Made by a program: the position numbers and the translations under genes. Below the pieces are notes generated by a model. The model was not told the DNA's origin. It saw only the letters and a program-made list of their open reading frames with translations, and ran no database searches. A stretch of DNA of 64,000 bases. It comes from Candidatus Latescibacterota bacterium. Its GTDB lineage: Bacteria; Latescibacterota; UBA2968. The stretch spans positions 7,296,001 through 7,360,000 of the forward strand of contig OZ240241.1 of the NCBI GenBank assembly GCA_965198115.1. The letters are read 5' to 3'. Shown one piece after another: positions 52,740 to 62,386 of this stretch. Numbering within the stretch: the first letter of the stretch is position 1; every line of letters starts with the position of its first letter.

Positions 52740-53867
52740 TCACTCAGGCTTCAGCCAGCGCCCTCTACGATCCCGGGCGTAGACAAATTGGCTGTCGTAA
52801 CGTTCGTCCCGGGTGTAACCCGAGTGGCCGCTTATCAGTTCGACCGCATAGGACTCGACCGCATCGTCGACGATGTCGATTCCGAGGCCGGGGCCCTCGG
52901 GAATCTTGATGTAGCTGTCGACGACCTCGGGCTGTGGCGCCATGATTTCGTAACGATAATGGGCATCGCCCGTGCGATGTTCCCAGATCAGGAAATTTGG
53001 TATTGTCGCGCAGAGGTGCAGGGAAGCGATTTCTCCGATCGGACCGAGCGAGCCGTCGTGCGGGGCGAACTGGATGTAGTGGGCTTCGGCCATGCCGGCA
53101 AGTTTCTTCATTTGGGTCAGTCCGCCGAATCGACCCGCATCGGGCTGGATCACGTCGACGATCTCTCGTTCGATCAACTCCTTGGCGCCGTAGATGAAAG
53201 CAAGTCGCTCACCGGCTGCGAGCGGGACGTTGATGGCCTCCGAGATGCGGGCAAGGGCATCCGGGTTTTCCGGAGCGACGGGCTCTTCGTAAAAGAAGAT
53301 GCCGTAGTCCTCGAGCACACGACCCATCGAAATGGCATCGCGTGTGGTCATCCAGGGCGGGCCGTGCAGATCGGCCATGATGTCGACGTCATCTCCGACT
53401 TCTGCCCGCATGTCGGCCACGCGCTTGGCCGCGCCTTCGACCCCGCCCATCTTCAGACCATTGTAGCCTTCATCGACCAACGCACGGGCCTTCTCCGGCG
53501 TGTCGGCGTGGGTGTAGCATCGGAGGGTTTCGCGCATCCGACCGCCCAACAGCTGCCAGACCGGCATGTCGAACGCTTTCCCCTTGATGTCCCAGAGGGC
53601 GGTTTCGATGGCCGCCATAGCGCCGCCCGCCACGATACCTGTCATGGCGTGCGACTGGAGAAACATCTTGCTCCAGCAGCGCTCGATGTTGAACGGGTCT
53701 TCACCGATGATGACCGTGGCCTTGTTGTGGATTTCGGTCTGTATGGCAGGCATGGCCGTGGCTTCCCCTACACCGTAGATACCCTCGTCCGTGAATACGC
53801 GGCAGAACAGGAATTTTCGTCCACCAGGCTCGCCGGCGGTGTAGGTCTTTACTTCTGTGATTTTCAT
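52740..53867 (-). CDS. Mandelate racemase/DgoD-like acid-sugar dehydratase, paralog 1
   Basis: GVGEA, ALWDIKGK, DLHG, YEEP, GER, QPD, APH and WEH. Confidence 0.92.
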   Translation of the reverse strand: MKITEVKTYTAGEPGGRKFLFCRVFTDEGIYGVGEATAMPAIQTEIHNKATVIIGEDPFNIERCWSKMFLQSHAMTGIVAGGAMAAIETALWDIKGKAFDMPVWQLLGGRMRETLRCYTHADTPEKARALVDEGYNGLKMGGVEGAAKRVADMRAEVGDDVDIMADLHGPPWMTTRDAISMGRVLEDYGIFFYEEPVAPENPDALARISEAINVPLAAGERLAFIYGAKELIEREIVDVIQPDAGRFGGLTQMKKLAGMAEAHYIQFAPHDGSLGPIGEIASLHLCATIPNFLIWEHRTGDAHYRYEIMAPQPEVVDSYIKIPEGPGLGIDIVDDAVESYAVELISGHSGYTRDERYDSQFVYARDRRGRWLKPE

Positions 53868-53951
53868 GACGTCCTCATTCCAGAGAAGAGGTTGTTCAAG
53901 AATCGCGGGTTGGTCGTCGTGGAGGCCATCCGACTGGTCAGAGAAAGCGAG

Positions 53952-55076
53952 TCACTCCGGGCGGAGCCAGCGTGCCCTTGGGAAACGTGCGTAAACATAT
54001 TGAGCTTTGTAGGTGTCGTCCTGAGCGTATGAGATGAAACCTCCCACCAGGTCACAAGCATACTGTTCGATCGCTTCGTCGACGAGGTCGACGCCCAGTC
54101 CGGGTCCTTCCGGGATGGTGATGTAGCTGTCGACGACCTCTGGTTGGGGCTCCATGACTTCATATCGGATCTGAACGTCTCCAGTCATGTGCTCCCAGAT
54201 GAGAAAGTTGGGAATCGCCGAACACAGGTGCAGCGAAGCGATCTCGCCCACGGGCCCAAGGGATCCGTCGTGGGGTGCGAACTGGATGTAGTGCGCCTCG
54301 GCCATGCCGGCCAGCTTCTTCAGTTGTGTGAGACCGCCAAAGCGACCCGCGTCGGGCTGGATGACATCGACGATTTCCCGTTCGATCAGTTCTCGTGCGC
54401 CGTAGATGTAGGCGAGACGTTCGCCAGCCGCGAGCGGAATGTTGATGGCGTCGGAGACACGGGCCATGGCCTCGACGTTCTCGGGGGCGACGGGTTCCTC
54501 GTAGAAGAAGACGCCGAACTCTTCGAGTCTCCTGCCCATCGAGATGGCATCGCGAGTCGTCATCCACGGCATGCCGTGCAGGTCGACCATGATGTCGATG
54601 TCGTCGCCCACTTCGTTGCGTATCGCGGTGATATCCCGGATGCAGTGTTCGATCCCTCCCATTTTGAGTCCGGTGTAACCCTCATCGACGACTTCGCGTG
54701 CCCGCTCAGCCGTTTCGGCGTGGGTGTAGGCACGGAGGCTTTCCCGCATTCGGCCACCGAGGAGCTGCCAAACGGGCATGCCGAAGGCCTTTCCCTTGAT
54801 GTCCCAGAGGGCCGTCTCGATAGCCGACATCGCGCCTGCCCCGACGATGCCGGACATCCCGTGGGTCATCAGGAACATCTTGCTCCAACAGCGCTCGATA
54901 TTGAAGGGGTCTTCGCCGATGAGGACGTTGCCCTTCTGATGAATCTCCGTCTGGATGCTTGGCCAGGCGGAGGCCTCGCCTACTCCGTAAATGCCTTCAT
55001 CGGTGAACACTCTGCAGAACAGGAAGTTTCGTCCGTTCTGACCGACGGAGTAGGTCTTGACTTCGGTGATCTTCAT
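53952..55076 (-). CDS. Mandelate racemase/DgoD-like dehydratase, paralog 2
   Basis: Same motifs; highly similar to its neighbours. Confidence 0.92.
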   Translation of the reverse strand: MKITEVKTYSVGQNGRNFLFCRVFTDEGIYGVGEASAWPSIQTEIHQKGNVLIGEDPFNIERCWSKMFLMTHGMSGIVGAGAMSAIETALWDIKGKAFGMPVWQLLGGRMRESLRAYTHAETAERAREVVDEGYTGLKMGGIEHCIRDITAIRNEVGDDIDIMVDLHGMPWMTTRDAISMGRRLEEFGVFFYEEPVAPENVEAMARVSDAINIPLAAGERLAYIYGARELIEREIVDVIQPDAGRFGGLTQLKKLAGMAEAHYIQFAPHDGSLGPVGEIASLHLCSAIPNFLIWEHMTGDVQIRYEVMEPQPEVVDSYITIPEGPGLGVDLVDEAIEQYACDLVGGFISYAQDDTYKAQYVYARFPRARWLRPE

Positions 55077-55165
55077 GGGGGCCCTCATTCAAGAACGCGT
55101 TCTTCAACCATCATGTGGATGGTCGTCCTGACACCATCCGACTCCGGGTCAATGAGGATGCGGAT

Positions 55166-56334
55166 TCACTCCGGCGGAGCCAGCGCGCTCTCGGGAAACG
55201 TGCGTAGACATACTGCGCGTTGTAGGTGTTGTCCTGGGTGTAGCCAGCGAAACTGACGAGATCGGTTGCGTATTTCTCGACGGCGTCATCGACGAGGTCG
55301 ACCCCCAGTCCGGGTCCGTCCGGAATGACCATGTAGCCGTCCACGACCTCCGGCTGTGGGGCCATGATCTCGTAGCGACACTGAACGTCCATGGTCAAAT
55401 GCTCCCAGATAAGGAAATTGGGGATCGCAGAACACAGGTGGAGGGACGCGATTTCCCCCACGGGTCCGAGGGAGCCGTCGTGGGGCGCGACCTGGATGTA
55501 GTGTGCCTCGGCCATGCCCGCCAGCTTTTTCAGTTGAGAGAAACCCCCGAAGCGCCCTGCGTCGGGTTGAATGACGTCGACGATTTCTCGCTCGATCAGT
55601 TCACGCGCACCGTAGATGTAGGCGAGCCGCTCGCCGGCTGCCAGCGGGATATTGATCGCGTCGGAAACGCGGGCGAGGGCCTCGACGTTTTCTGGGGCGA
55701 CCGGTTCTTCATAAAAGAAAACACCGAACTCTTCGAGTCTCCGGCCCATCGAAATGGCATCGCGCGTCGTCATCCACGGCATGCCGTGCAGGTCGACCAT
55801 GATGTCGATGTCGTCTCCGACTTCCTTCCGAACCGCGGTGATATTGCGGACAATGTGTTCGATTCCGCCCATCTTGAGCGCACCATAGCCCTCATCCACG
55901 AGCTCTCGTGCTTTCTCGGCTAAAGCCATCGTTTCGCGACGACCCTCAAGATCGTGCCACGCGTGCCCGAGGGCGGCGTGCGTGTAGCAACGAAGCCGCT
56001 CACGCATCCGGCCGCCCAGAAGCTGCCAGACGGGCATCCCGAATGCCTTTCCCTTGAGGTCCCACAGAGCCGTCTCGATGGCCGACATGGCTCCTGCGCC
56101 GACGATGCCGGACATGCCGTGGGTCATCAGGAACATCTTGCTCCAACAGCGCTCGATGTTGAACGGGTCTTCACCAATGATGACGTTTGCCTTTTGATGA
56201 ATCTCGGTCTGGATGCTGGGCCAGGCCGAAGCTTCACCGAGTCCATAGAGCCCTTCGTCCGTGAAGACTTTGCAGAACAGGAAGTTCCGGCCTCGTTCTC
56301 CTGGTGTGTAGGTTTTGACTTCGGTGATTTTCAT
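55166..56334 (-). CDS. Mandelate racemase/DgoD-like dehydratase, paralog 3
   Basis: Same motifs. A 1-bp loss at WLR(P)E* extends the called ORF to 55111. Confidence 0.9.
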
Positions 56335-56450
56335 GACGTACCCGATCGCCTTTTGAAGGGAACCACAGAAAACACGGAAGGGTGGGTGCTACGGGAATCC
56401 AGGCCCTATTCGGGAAAATGAATGGGATGTCGGGAAAAGTAGAGCAGTCT

Positions 56451-57236
56451 TTAGGCCTTCTCGAAGACGCAGCCGTGGAAAAGCGACCGTCGCTCCGGTG
56501 ACAGACGCTCGTAGAAAGACCTATGATAACTGAAGTGTTCGTCGTTGGCGAGCATCCAGGGATGCTCGTAGGCGTAGTAGAGCATCAGGCGTTTGCCATT
56601 CGATTTGGTGAATGGACCACGGGTATGCCAGACGGCGTTGTGAAACATGACAGCCGTGCCAGCGGGAACGCAGACCTGGAAGGCACCTGGGATCGAGTCG
56701 AAGCCTTCGAGTTGACCATGGTCTGGATCCGCATCAGCTCTATGTGACCCTGGGACCAGGGTGAGATTGCCCTGATCGGGTTGGGTCATGTCGGAAAGGA
56801 AATAAGCGATTTTGAGCTGGAGGTGGGGGATGCCGGGTCGGAGCTCGCGGTAGCCGGAATCGTGGCCGTCGATGTGCCATCCGGGTGGGCGATCTGGCGT
56901 GGGTTCGGTTTCCCAGTACGCGTCGGAAGCGTGGAAATGGGGCTGCGGGTTGAGGAGCCCACGCACGTAGGGCATGATCGGAGGATGGTCGATGAGTTCC
57001 GTGAAGAGAGGATCGTCGTTGAGGATGTGGAAGATGCGCGTGTTAGCGCCAGCGATCTGCGTGCGTCCCTGATGCGGCTGGCCCCCCTCGTGCATGCAAC
57101 GACGGCGCTCGATCACAGCGTGAAGCCGATCGGTCAGGCACTCTACGAGATCTGGGGCCAAGACTCCCTCGACGACGAGGTAACCGTCGCGTTCGAACGC
57201 CTCGTGCTCAGTTTGGGTCAGATGTGCGTCGCTCAT
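56451..57236 (-). CDS. Phytanoyl-CoA dioxygenase family (Fe/2OG)
   Basis: FERDGYLVV, WHID, LVPGSH and WH..R motifs. Confidence 0.9.
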   Translation of the reverse strand: MSDAHLTQTEHEAFERDGYLVVEGVLAPDLVECLTDRLHAVIERRRCMHEGGQPHQGRTQIAGANTRIFHILNDDPLFTELIDHPPIMPYVRGLLNPQPHFHASDAYWETEPTPDRPPGWHIDGHDSGYRELRPGIPHLQLKIAYFLSDMTQPDQGNLTLVPGSHRADADPDHGQLEGFDSIPGAFQVCVPAGTAVMFHNAVWHTRGPFTKSNGKRLMLYYAYEHPWMLANDEHFSYHRSFYERLSPERRSLFHGCVFEKA

Positions 57237-57405
57237 GAATCCTACTATCGCTCGTCAGTGCTCATGCTCCGAACTGGAGTTCACGGAGAGAAGCCGAAGC
57301 AAAGCCCACCGCTCATCCCGAGTGACCATCTTGCTACGCCGGCAACGCGGAGCTGCTCAAAGAAGACAGAGTAAGGTCGTATCGAAGGACGAACGGTGTC
57401 ACACC

Positions 57406-58566
57406 CTACACCGCAATTGCCTCCACCCATTTCATATCAATATCCTGACCGAACCCCGGCGCATCGCTGGGAACCAGCGATCCATCCTCGATGACCTGTG
57501 TGCCCGGAATGGCCACCATGTCTTCCAGCTTGACGCCCGGTGCAGAGACGCCTCCTGATCGTTCGCCCCACGGGATAGCGGGCATCGCATAGGCGAGGTG
57601 CTGGCCGTATGGCCAGTTCATGCCGCCGTGCGTGATGACGGAGAGGCCAGCTGCTTCGGCCATGTGACAGATTCGTACGCCGCACGAGATGCCACCCGTC
57701 CAGAGCAGATCCGGCTGCAGGATGTCGACGTATTTCTTCTGGATGGCGGACGAAAATGTCTGAGGAAGATACCAGTGTTCGCCGGTTGCCAGACCTGACC
57801 ACGGGAGGCGTTCGCGAACCTGTGCGAATCCTTCGAAGTCTTCAGGCATGAGGTAATCCTCGATCCACTTGAGCCTGTAGGGTCTCAGGGCTTCGGCAAC
57901 TCGGACCGTGTATTCGACGTCCAGCGCCATCCAGCAGTCCAGCATGAGTTCCACGTCGTCGCCCATCAGCTTTCGAGCAGCGACGACCTGGTCCTCCGTC
58001 TTTCGGATGCCCTCCAGACCGTCAACCGGACTGTACTGCATGGGCAGCTTGATCGCTTTGAATCCAAGCTCGAGATACCATTCGACGTCGAAGCCAGTGG
58101 CGTAGCAGGTGATCGTTTCTTTCTGCGGTCCGCCGAGGAGTTCGTAGACGGGCCGGCCAAGGATTTTCCCTTTCAGATCCCACAGCGCCAGATCGACGGC
58201 GCTGATGGCGTAGCTGCCCATCCCATAGCCACCGTAGACGGATGCGATTCGACACATGACGTCGAATGCCTTCTCGGTCGCCATGCAGTTCTCGCCTTCG
58301 AGATGGGGGGCGAAGTGGTCGTTGATGATCCGGACGACGGGGGCGGAAAAGGCGGACACGCCGAAACCGAACGTGCCGTCTTCGGCAGTGACGACACAGG
58401 CCGTGCTTCGCCACGGTGGTGTCCAGGACGAGCGCTTGCCCTGATAGGCCGGATAGCGCGCCATCGGACTGGCAGGCTCCCGGCCCTCGTGGAGGTAGCG
58501 GTTGCGCGGTTTCGCGCCGCCTTTCCGATAGTCGGCTTCGAATGCCTCGATCGATTTGATTTTCAT
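57406..58566 (-). CDS. L-rhamnonate dehydratase-like enzyme (RhmD subgroup)
   Basis: PMARYP..R.SW, LMLDCWM, KWIED, TGEH and QPD..W.GG motifs. Confidence 0.85.
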   Translation of the reverse strand: MKIKSIEAFEADYRKGGAKPRNRYLHEGREPASPMARYPAYQGKRSSWTPPWRSTACVVTAEDGTFGFGVSAFSAPVVRIINDHFAPHLEGENCMATEKAFDVMCRIASVYGGYGMGSYAISAVDLALWDLKGKILGRPVYELLGGPQKETITCYATGFDVEWYLELGFKAIKLPMQYSPVDGLEGIRKTEDQVVAARKLMGDDVELMLDCWMALDVEYTVRVAEALRPYRLKWIEDYLMPEDFEGFAQVRERLPWSGLATGEHWYLPQTFSSAIQKKYVDILQPDLLWTGGISCGVRICHMAEAAGLSVITHGGMNWPYGQHLAYAMPAIPWGERSGGVSAPGVKLEDMVAIPGTQVIEDGSLVPSDAPGFGQDIDMKWVEAIAV

Positions 58567-58598
58567 CTTTTCACGAAAGGAAAATACCCCGCTGAGTT

Positions 58599-58626
58599 GT
58601 AGGGACGGTTCGCGAACCGTCCCTAC
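58599..58626. repeat. GTAG-type REP palindrome
   Basis: Perfect 28-bp palindrome GTAGGGACGGTTCGCGAACCGTCCCTAC. Confidence 0.85.
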
Positions 58627-58643
58627 TCGGACCTGGGGGAGAG

Positions 58644-59654
58644 CTACTCACTATCTACGACCTGCATTGCGGCGTGGATGTAGCCGTAGCTGTAGCCGAA
58701 GCCGACTTCGCGCGGGGCGGGACCCGAGAGTACGGGGACGTGGTCGGGCATGATCATGTAGGGATAGCCCACTTCCTTATAGACACGCAGCGCATCGATC
58801 ATGTCGATGTCGCCCTCGTCGGGGAAAACCTCGGAGAAGTCATTGAGGCCGCCCTTGATGTTCCGAAAGTGGACATTGAAGATCTTCTTCCGCTCGCCGA
58901 ACCAGCGGATGACGTCGAAGATCTCTTCACCGGGGTTTTCGAGCGCTTCTGACATGCAACCCTGGCAGAAGTTCAGGCCGTTGTAGTCGCTGTCGTACAT
59001 CTGAACGAACTTCTTGAAGCCCTCGGGCATGCCAAGTGGGCGCGCAACCTCTCGGTAGGTGTTGTTCATGCCGATGCCAGGGTCGGATGGATGGCAACAC
59101 ATCTGGATCTTGTGCTCTTCGGCTACGGGAATCACTTTCTGCAGCCAGTAGTCGATGCGTTCCCACATCGTGTCCAGATCCGCTGCGCCACCTTCGAATT
59201 CTCCCGACGAGTGATCCATCTCGTCGAACTTGAACGTGGAGAGGCTGGCGCCGCCGCGACCCGTCGTACGTTCGGTTCTCATGTGGCCGAGAACGGTAAT
59301 GTTGTACTGGAGCCCCCGTAGACCGGCTTCGTTGGCCATCTTGATGACTTCGTGCACGCGATCGATCGCACGTTCACGTTCATCGCTCGCCCCGAGGAAG
59401 ATGACACCGGCGTAGTTGTCGTTCGCACGTTCATCGAGGTTGCCGGATATGGCGGGGCGCCCTCGCAGCGGCAGATGTGTCAGTTCCATGTTGATACCGA
59501 ACTTCGCGCACTGTTCACGCATGCGTACGAATGTATCCGTCGTCCATTCGGTCCACGGTTCCGCCGGGGTGATGTCGACATTGTTGACGCCGAGCTGCGA
59601 CAGGACCTGCAGGTCCTCGTCCGTTCTGAAACCACCTTGCGTACCGATGTACAT
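58644..59654 (-). CDS. uxuA: Mannonate dehydratase (UxuA-like), paralog 1
   Basis: GRGGA, IPVAEE, HPSDP, NGLNFCQG, VHFRN, DEGDIDM and PDHVP. Confidence 0.85.
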   Translation of the reverse strand: MYIGTQGGFRTDEDLQVLSQLGVNNVDITPAEPWTEWTTDTFVRMREQCAKFGINMELTHLPLRGRPAISGNLDERANDNYAGVIFLGASDERERAIDRVHEVIKMANEAGLRGLQYNITVLGHMRTERTTGRGGASLSTFKFDEMDHSSGEFEGGAADLDTMWERIDYWLQKVIPVAEEHKIQMCCHPSDPGIGMNNTYREVARPLGMPEGFKKFVQMYDSDYNGLNFCQGCMSEALENPGEEIFDVIRWFGERKKIFNVHFRNIKGGLNDFSEVFPDEGDIDMIDALRVYKEVGYPYMIMPDHVPVLSGPAPREVGFGYSYGYIHAAMQVVDSE

Positions 59655-59786
59655 TATTCCTCCTGGTAACGATGAATCAGAGACTTCCAACGCAGAGAAC
59701 GCGGAGATTTCCGGTCATAGACCGGAACCAGATAGAGACGCATAACCACGCCTGCTCGCCTCTTCGCCCGCTCCCTTTACAGGCTA

Positions 59787-60794
59787 CTAGTTATCGACCA
59801 CCTGCATCGCGGCGTGGATGTAGCCGTAGGCGTAGGCCATTCCGACCTCTCGGGGGGCGGGGCCAGTCATCCTCGGTACGTGATCGGGCATGACCATGTA
59901 TTCGTAGCCAACGTCCTTGTAGACCTGGAGCGCCTTCAGCATGTCGATATCGCCTTCGTCAGGGAAGACTTCGACAAAGTCATTGAGTCCACCCTTGATG
60001 TTCCGGAAGTGGACGTTGAAGATCTTCTTCCGTTCGCCGAAATAGCGGATGACGTCGAAGATCTCCTCGCCTGGATTTTCGAGCGCCTCGGACATGCAGC
60101 CCTGGCAGAAATTGAGTCCGTTGTAGGAACTGTCGTAGAGTTCTATGAATCTCTTGAATCCTTCGGGCATCCCCATAGGCCGAGCGACCCCGCGATAAGT
60201 GTTGTCCATCCCGATGCCGGGATCGGACGGGTGACAGCCCATCTGCACTTTGTACTCCTCGGCGACGGGGATCACTTTCTGCAGCCAGTAGTCGATCCGC
60301 TCGAGCATCGTGTCCGTGTCCGCAGCGCCTTGTTCGAACTCTCCCTTCGACTGATCGAGCTTGTCGAACACGAACGTCGACAGCCCGGCGCCGCCGCGGC
60401 CCGTCGTGGATTCGGTCCGCATGTGACCGAGGATGGTGATGTTATACATGAGGCCGCGCAATCCGGCCTCCCCGGCCATTCGGATGGTGTCGCAAACGCG
60501 ATCGATGGCGCGCTCACGTTCGTCGCTTGGACCAAGGAAGATCGCGCCTCCCTCGTTCTCGTTCTTGGGGTTGTCAAGGTTTCCGGGGATCGCGACTCGC
60601 CCCGACAGCGGCAGGTGCATCATTTCCATGCTGATCCCGTAGCTGTCGCACTTCTCGCGCATGGAGACCAGCAACTCCGTCGACCAGTCGGCCCACGGCT
60701 CAGTCGGACTCTGGGCGATGTGATTCACACCCAGTTGTGATAGGACTTTGAGCTCTTCGTCTTCGTGGGGGACACCCTGTGTACCGATGTACAT
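59787..60794 (-). CDS. uxuA: UxuA-like dehydratase, paralog 2
   Basis: Same motifs as paralog 1. Confidence 0.85.
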   Translation of the reverse strand: MYIGTQGVPHEDEELKVLSQLGVNHIAQSPTEPWADWSTELLVSMREKCDSYGISMEMMHLPLSGRVAIPGNLDNPKNENEGGAIFLGPSDERERAIDRVCDTIRMAGEAGLRGLMYNITILGHMRTESTTGRGGAGLSTFVFDKLDQSKGEFEQGAADTDTMLERIDYWLQKVIPVAEEYKVQMGCHPSDPGIGMDNTYRGVARPMGMPEGFKRFIELYDSSYNGLNFCQGCMSEALENPGEEIFDVIRYFGERKKIFNVHFRNIKGGLNDFVEVFPDEGDIDMLKALQVYKDVGYEYMVMPDHVPRMTGPAPREVGMAYAYGYIHAAMQVVDN

Positions 60795-61048
60795 GTCTAT
60801 CGCGCTCCTTTAAGCTAAGGATCGCCGTAATGCGAGTATCATTTGGTTCAGCGATTGAGTTGTCAGAGTCCCCTCCTGGGGAGGGGACCAGTGTTCAGGG
60901 TTGCGCTCTGCTCGAATCGTTTTCGCTATCCTGCTCCGAAGCTCCTCCAGTCACGAGAGGGGATCCCTCGGCACATTCAATGTTTCGGTGATTGGGCGCC
61001 TCTCCATTCCTAAAGGTGCCTCGGGATGACAGCCGACTGCGTCGGCTG

Positions 61049-62062
61049 TCACTTCTCTCCCACAGCCTGCAGCATGGCGTGGATATACCCGAACGTGTAG
61101 GCGAACGCGACTTTGCCGGGTTCGGGGCCAGAGATCCCGGGAACGTGGTCGGGCATGACCATGTGGGGATAGTCCACATCCTTGAGTGCCTGCATGACCT
61201 TGAGCATGTCGACATGGCCTTCATCCGGAAAGACTTCGACGAAATTGCGAAGCCCGCCTCTGATGTTTCGGTAATGGATGTTGAAGATCTTTTTCCGCTC
61301 ACCGAAGTAGCGAATGACGTCGTAGACATTCTCGCCCGGGTTTTCGAGCGCTTCCGACATGCAGCCGACGCAGAAGTTGATGCCGTTGTAGGGGCTGTCA
61401 TAGAGGTCAACCATCTTCTTGAATCCTTCGACCATGCCCATCACGCGTTCGACGCCGCGATATGTCGTCCCTACGCCTATGCCGGGATCCGACGGGTGAC
61501 ACGCCATCTGGACTTTATGCTCCTCCGCAACGGGGATGACGCGCTGAAGCCAGTGGTCGATGCGCTCCCACATCTCATCCTCGTCGGCAGCTCCGTCCTC
61601 GAACTCGGTGTCCTTAGCTCCCAGTGGATCGCCGGCGCGGCCTTTTTCGACAAACTCGTCATAGTTGAACGTGGATAGGCGTGCCCCGCCGCGCCCGGTC
61701 GTGCTCGTCGTCCGCATGTGGCCTAGGGGCGTGGCGTTGTAGTTGAGGCCCCTCAGACCCGCCTCGCTGGCCATCCTGATGATGTCGCAGACGAGATCGA
61801 TCTGGCGTTCCCGCTCGTCGCTCGGTCCGTGGAAGACCTTTCCGGTGACGGGATCGTTCATCGAGTTGCCCGAGCTGATGACGTGGGTCATCTCCATGTT
61901 GATTCCGAATTTGCCGCACCGTTCGCGGTGGCTCGTCAGGAGATCAGTCGTCCACTCGTTCTGGGGTTCCTTCGGCGTCGTGTCGATGTTGTTGACGCCC
62001 AGCTGCGAGAGCTGAATGAGGTCGTGATCTTCTGGAAAACTGCCTTGTGTTCCGATATACAT
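61049..62062 (-). CDS. uxuA: UxuA-like dehydratase, paralog 3
   Basis: Same motifs (IHYRN variant). Confidence 0.85.
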   Translation of the reverse strand: MYIGTQGSFPEDHDLIQLSQLGVNNIDTTPKEPQNEWTTDLLTSHRERCGKFGINMEMTHVISSGNSMNDPVTGKVFHGPSDERERQIDLVCDIIRMASEAGLRGLNYNATPLGHMRTTSTTGRGGARLSTFNYDEFVEKGRAGDPLGAKDTEFEDGAADEDEMWERIDHWLQRVIPVAEEHKVQMACHPSDPGIGVGTTYRGVERVMGMVEGFKKMVDLYDSPYNGINFCVGCMSEALENPGENVYDVIRYFGERKKIFNIHYRNIRGGLRNFVEVFPDEGHVDMLKVMQALKDVDYPHMVMPDHVPGISGPEPGKVAFAYTFGYIHAMLQAVGEK

Positions 62063-62386
62063 CTATTCCTCCTGCTTATGAGAGCATATGCAACTACGAA
62101 ATGGACACTAAGTGATCACGAAGCCGCCTGGGAGTAGATTGTCATCCCGAAGCAGATTTAGACGAAGTACGAGCGTCGGTTACGTACTAACTGAGTCTCC
62201 TGAGGGATCCCTCATCACGGGCAGCAGTCCTGCTTACACCTCCTGCTTCTGGGCCCCTCCAGCCACGAAGAGGGATTCCTCGGCACGTCAGTGTTTCCAC
62301 ATTAGGTATCGCAGCCCGCTTCCGATCGTGCCTCGGAATGACAGCCGCCGAGGCAGTGTGGGAATCCTTTATCACCTCGTCGGCTG

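Noticed and set aside
51855-54032. 725-aa plus-strand ORF (also 44530-46272, 11783-13087, 48036-49238, 54144-55256)
   Set aside because: Antisense shadows of well-supported genes in GC-rich DNA; no motifs.
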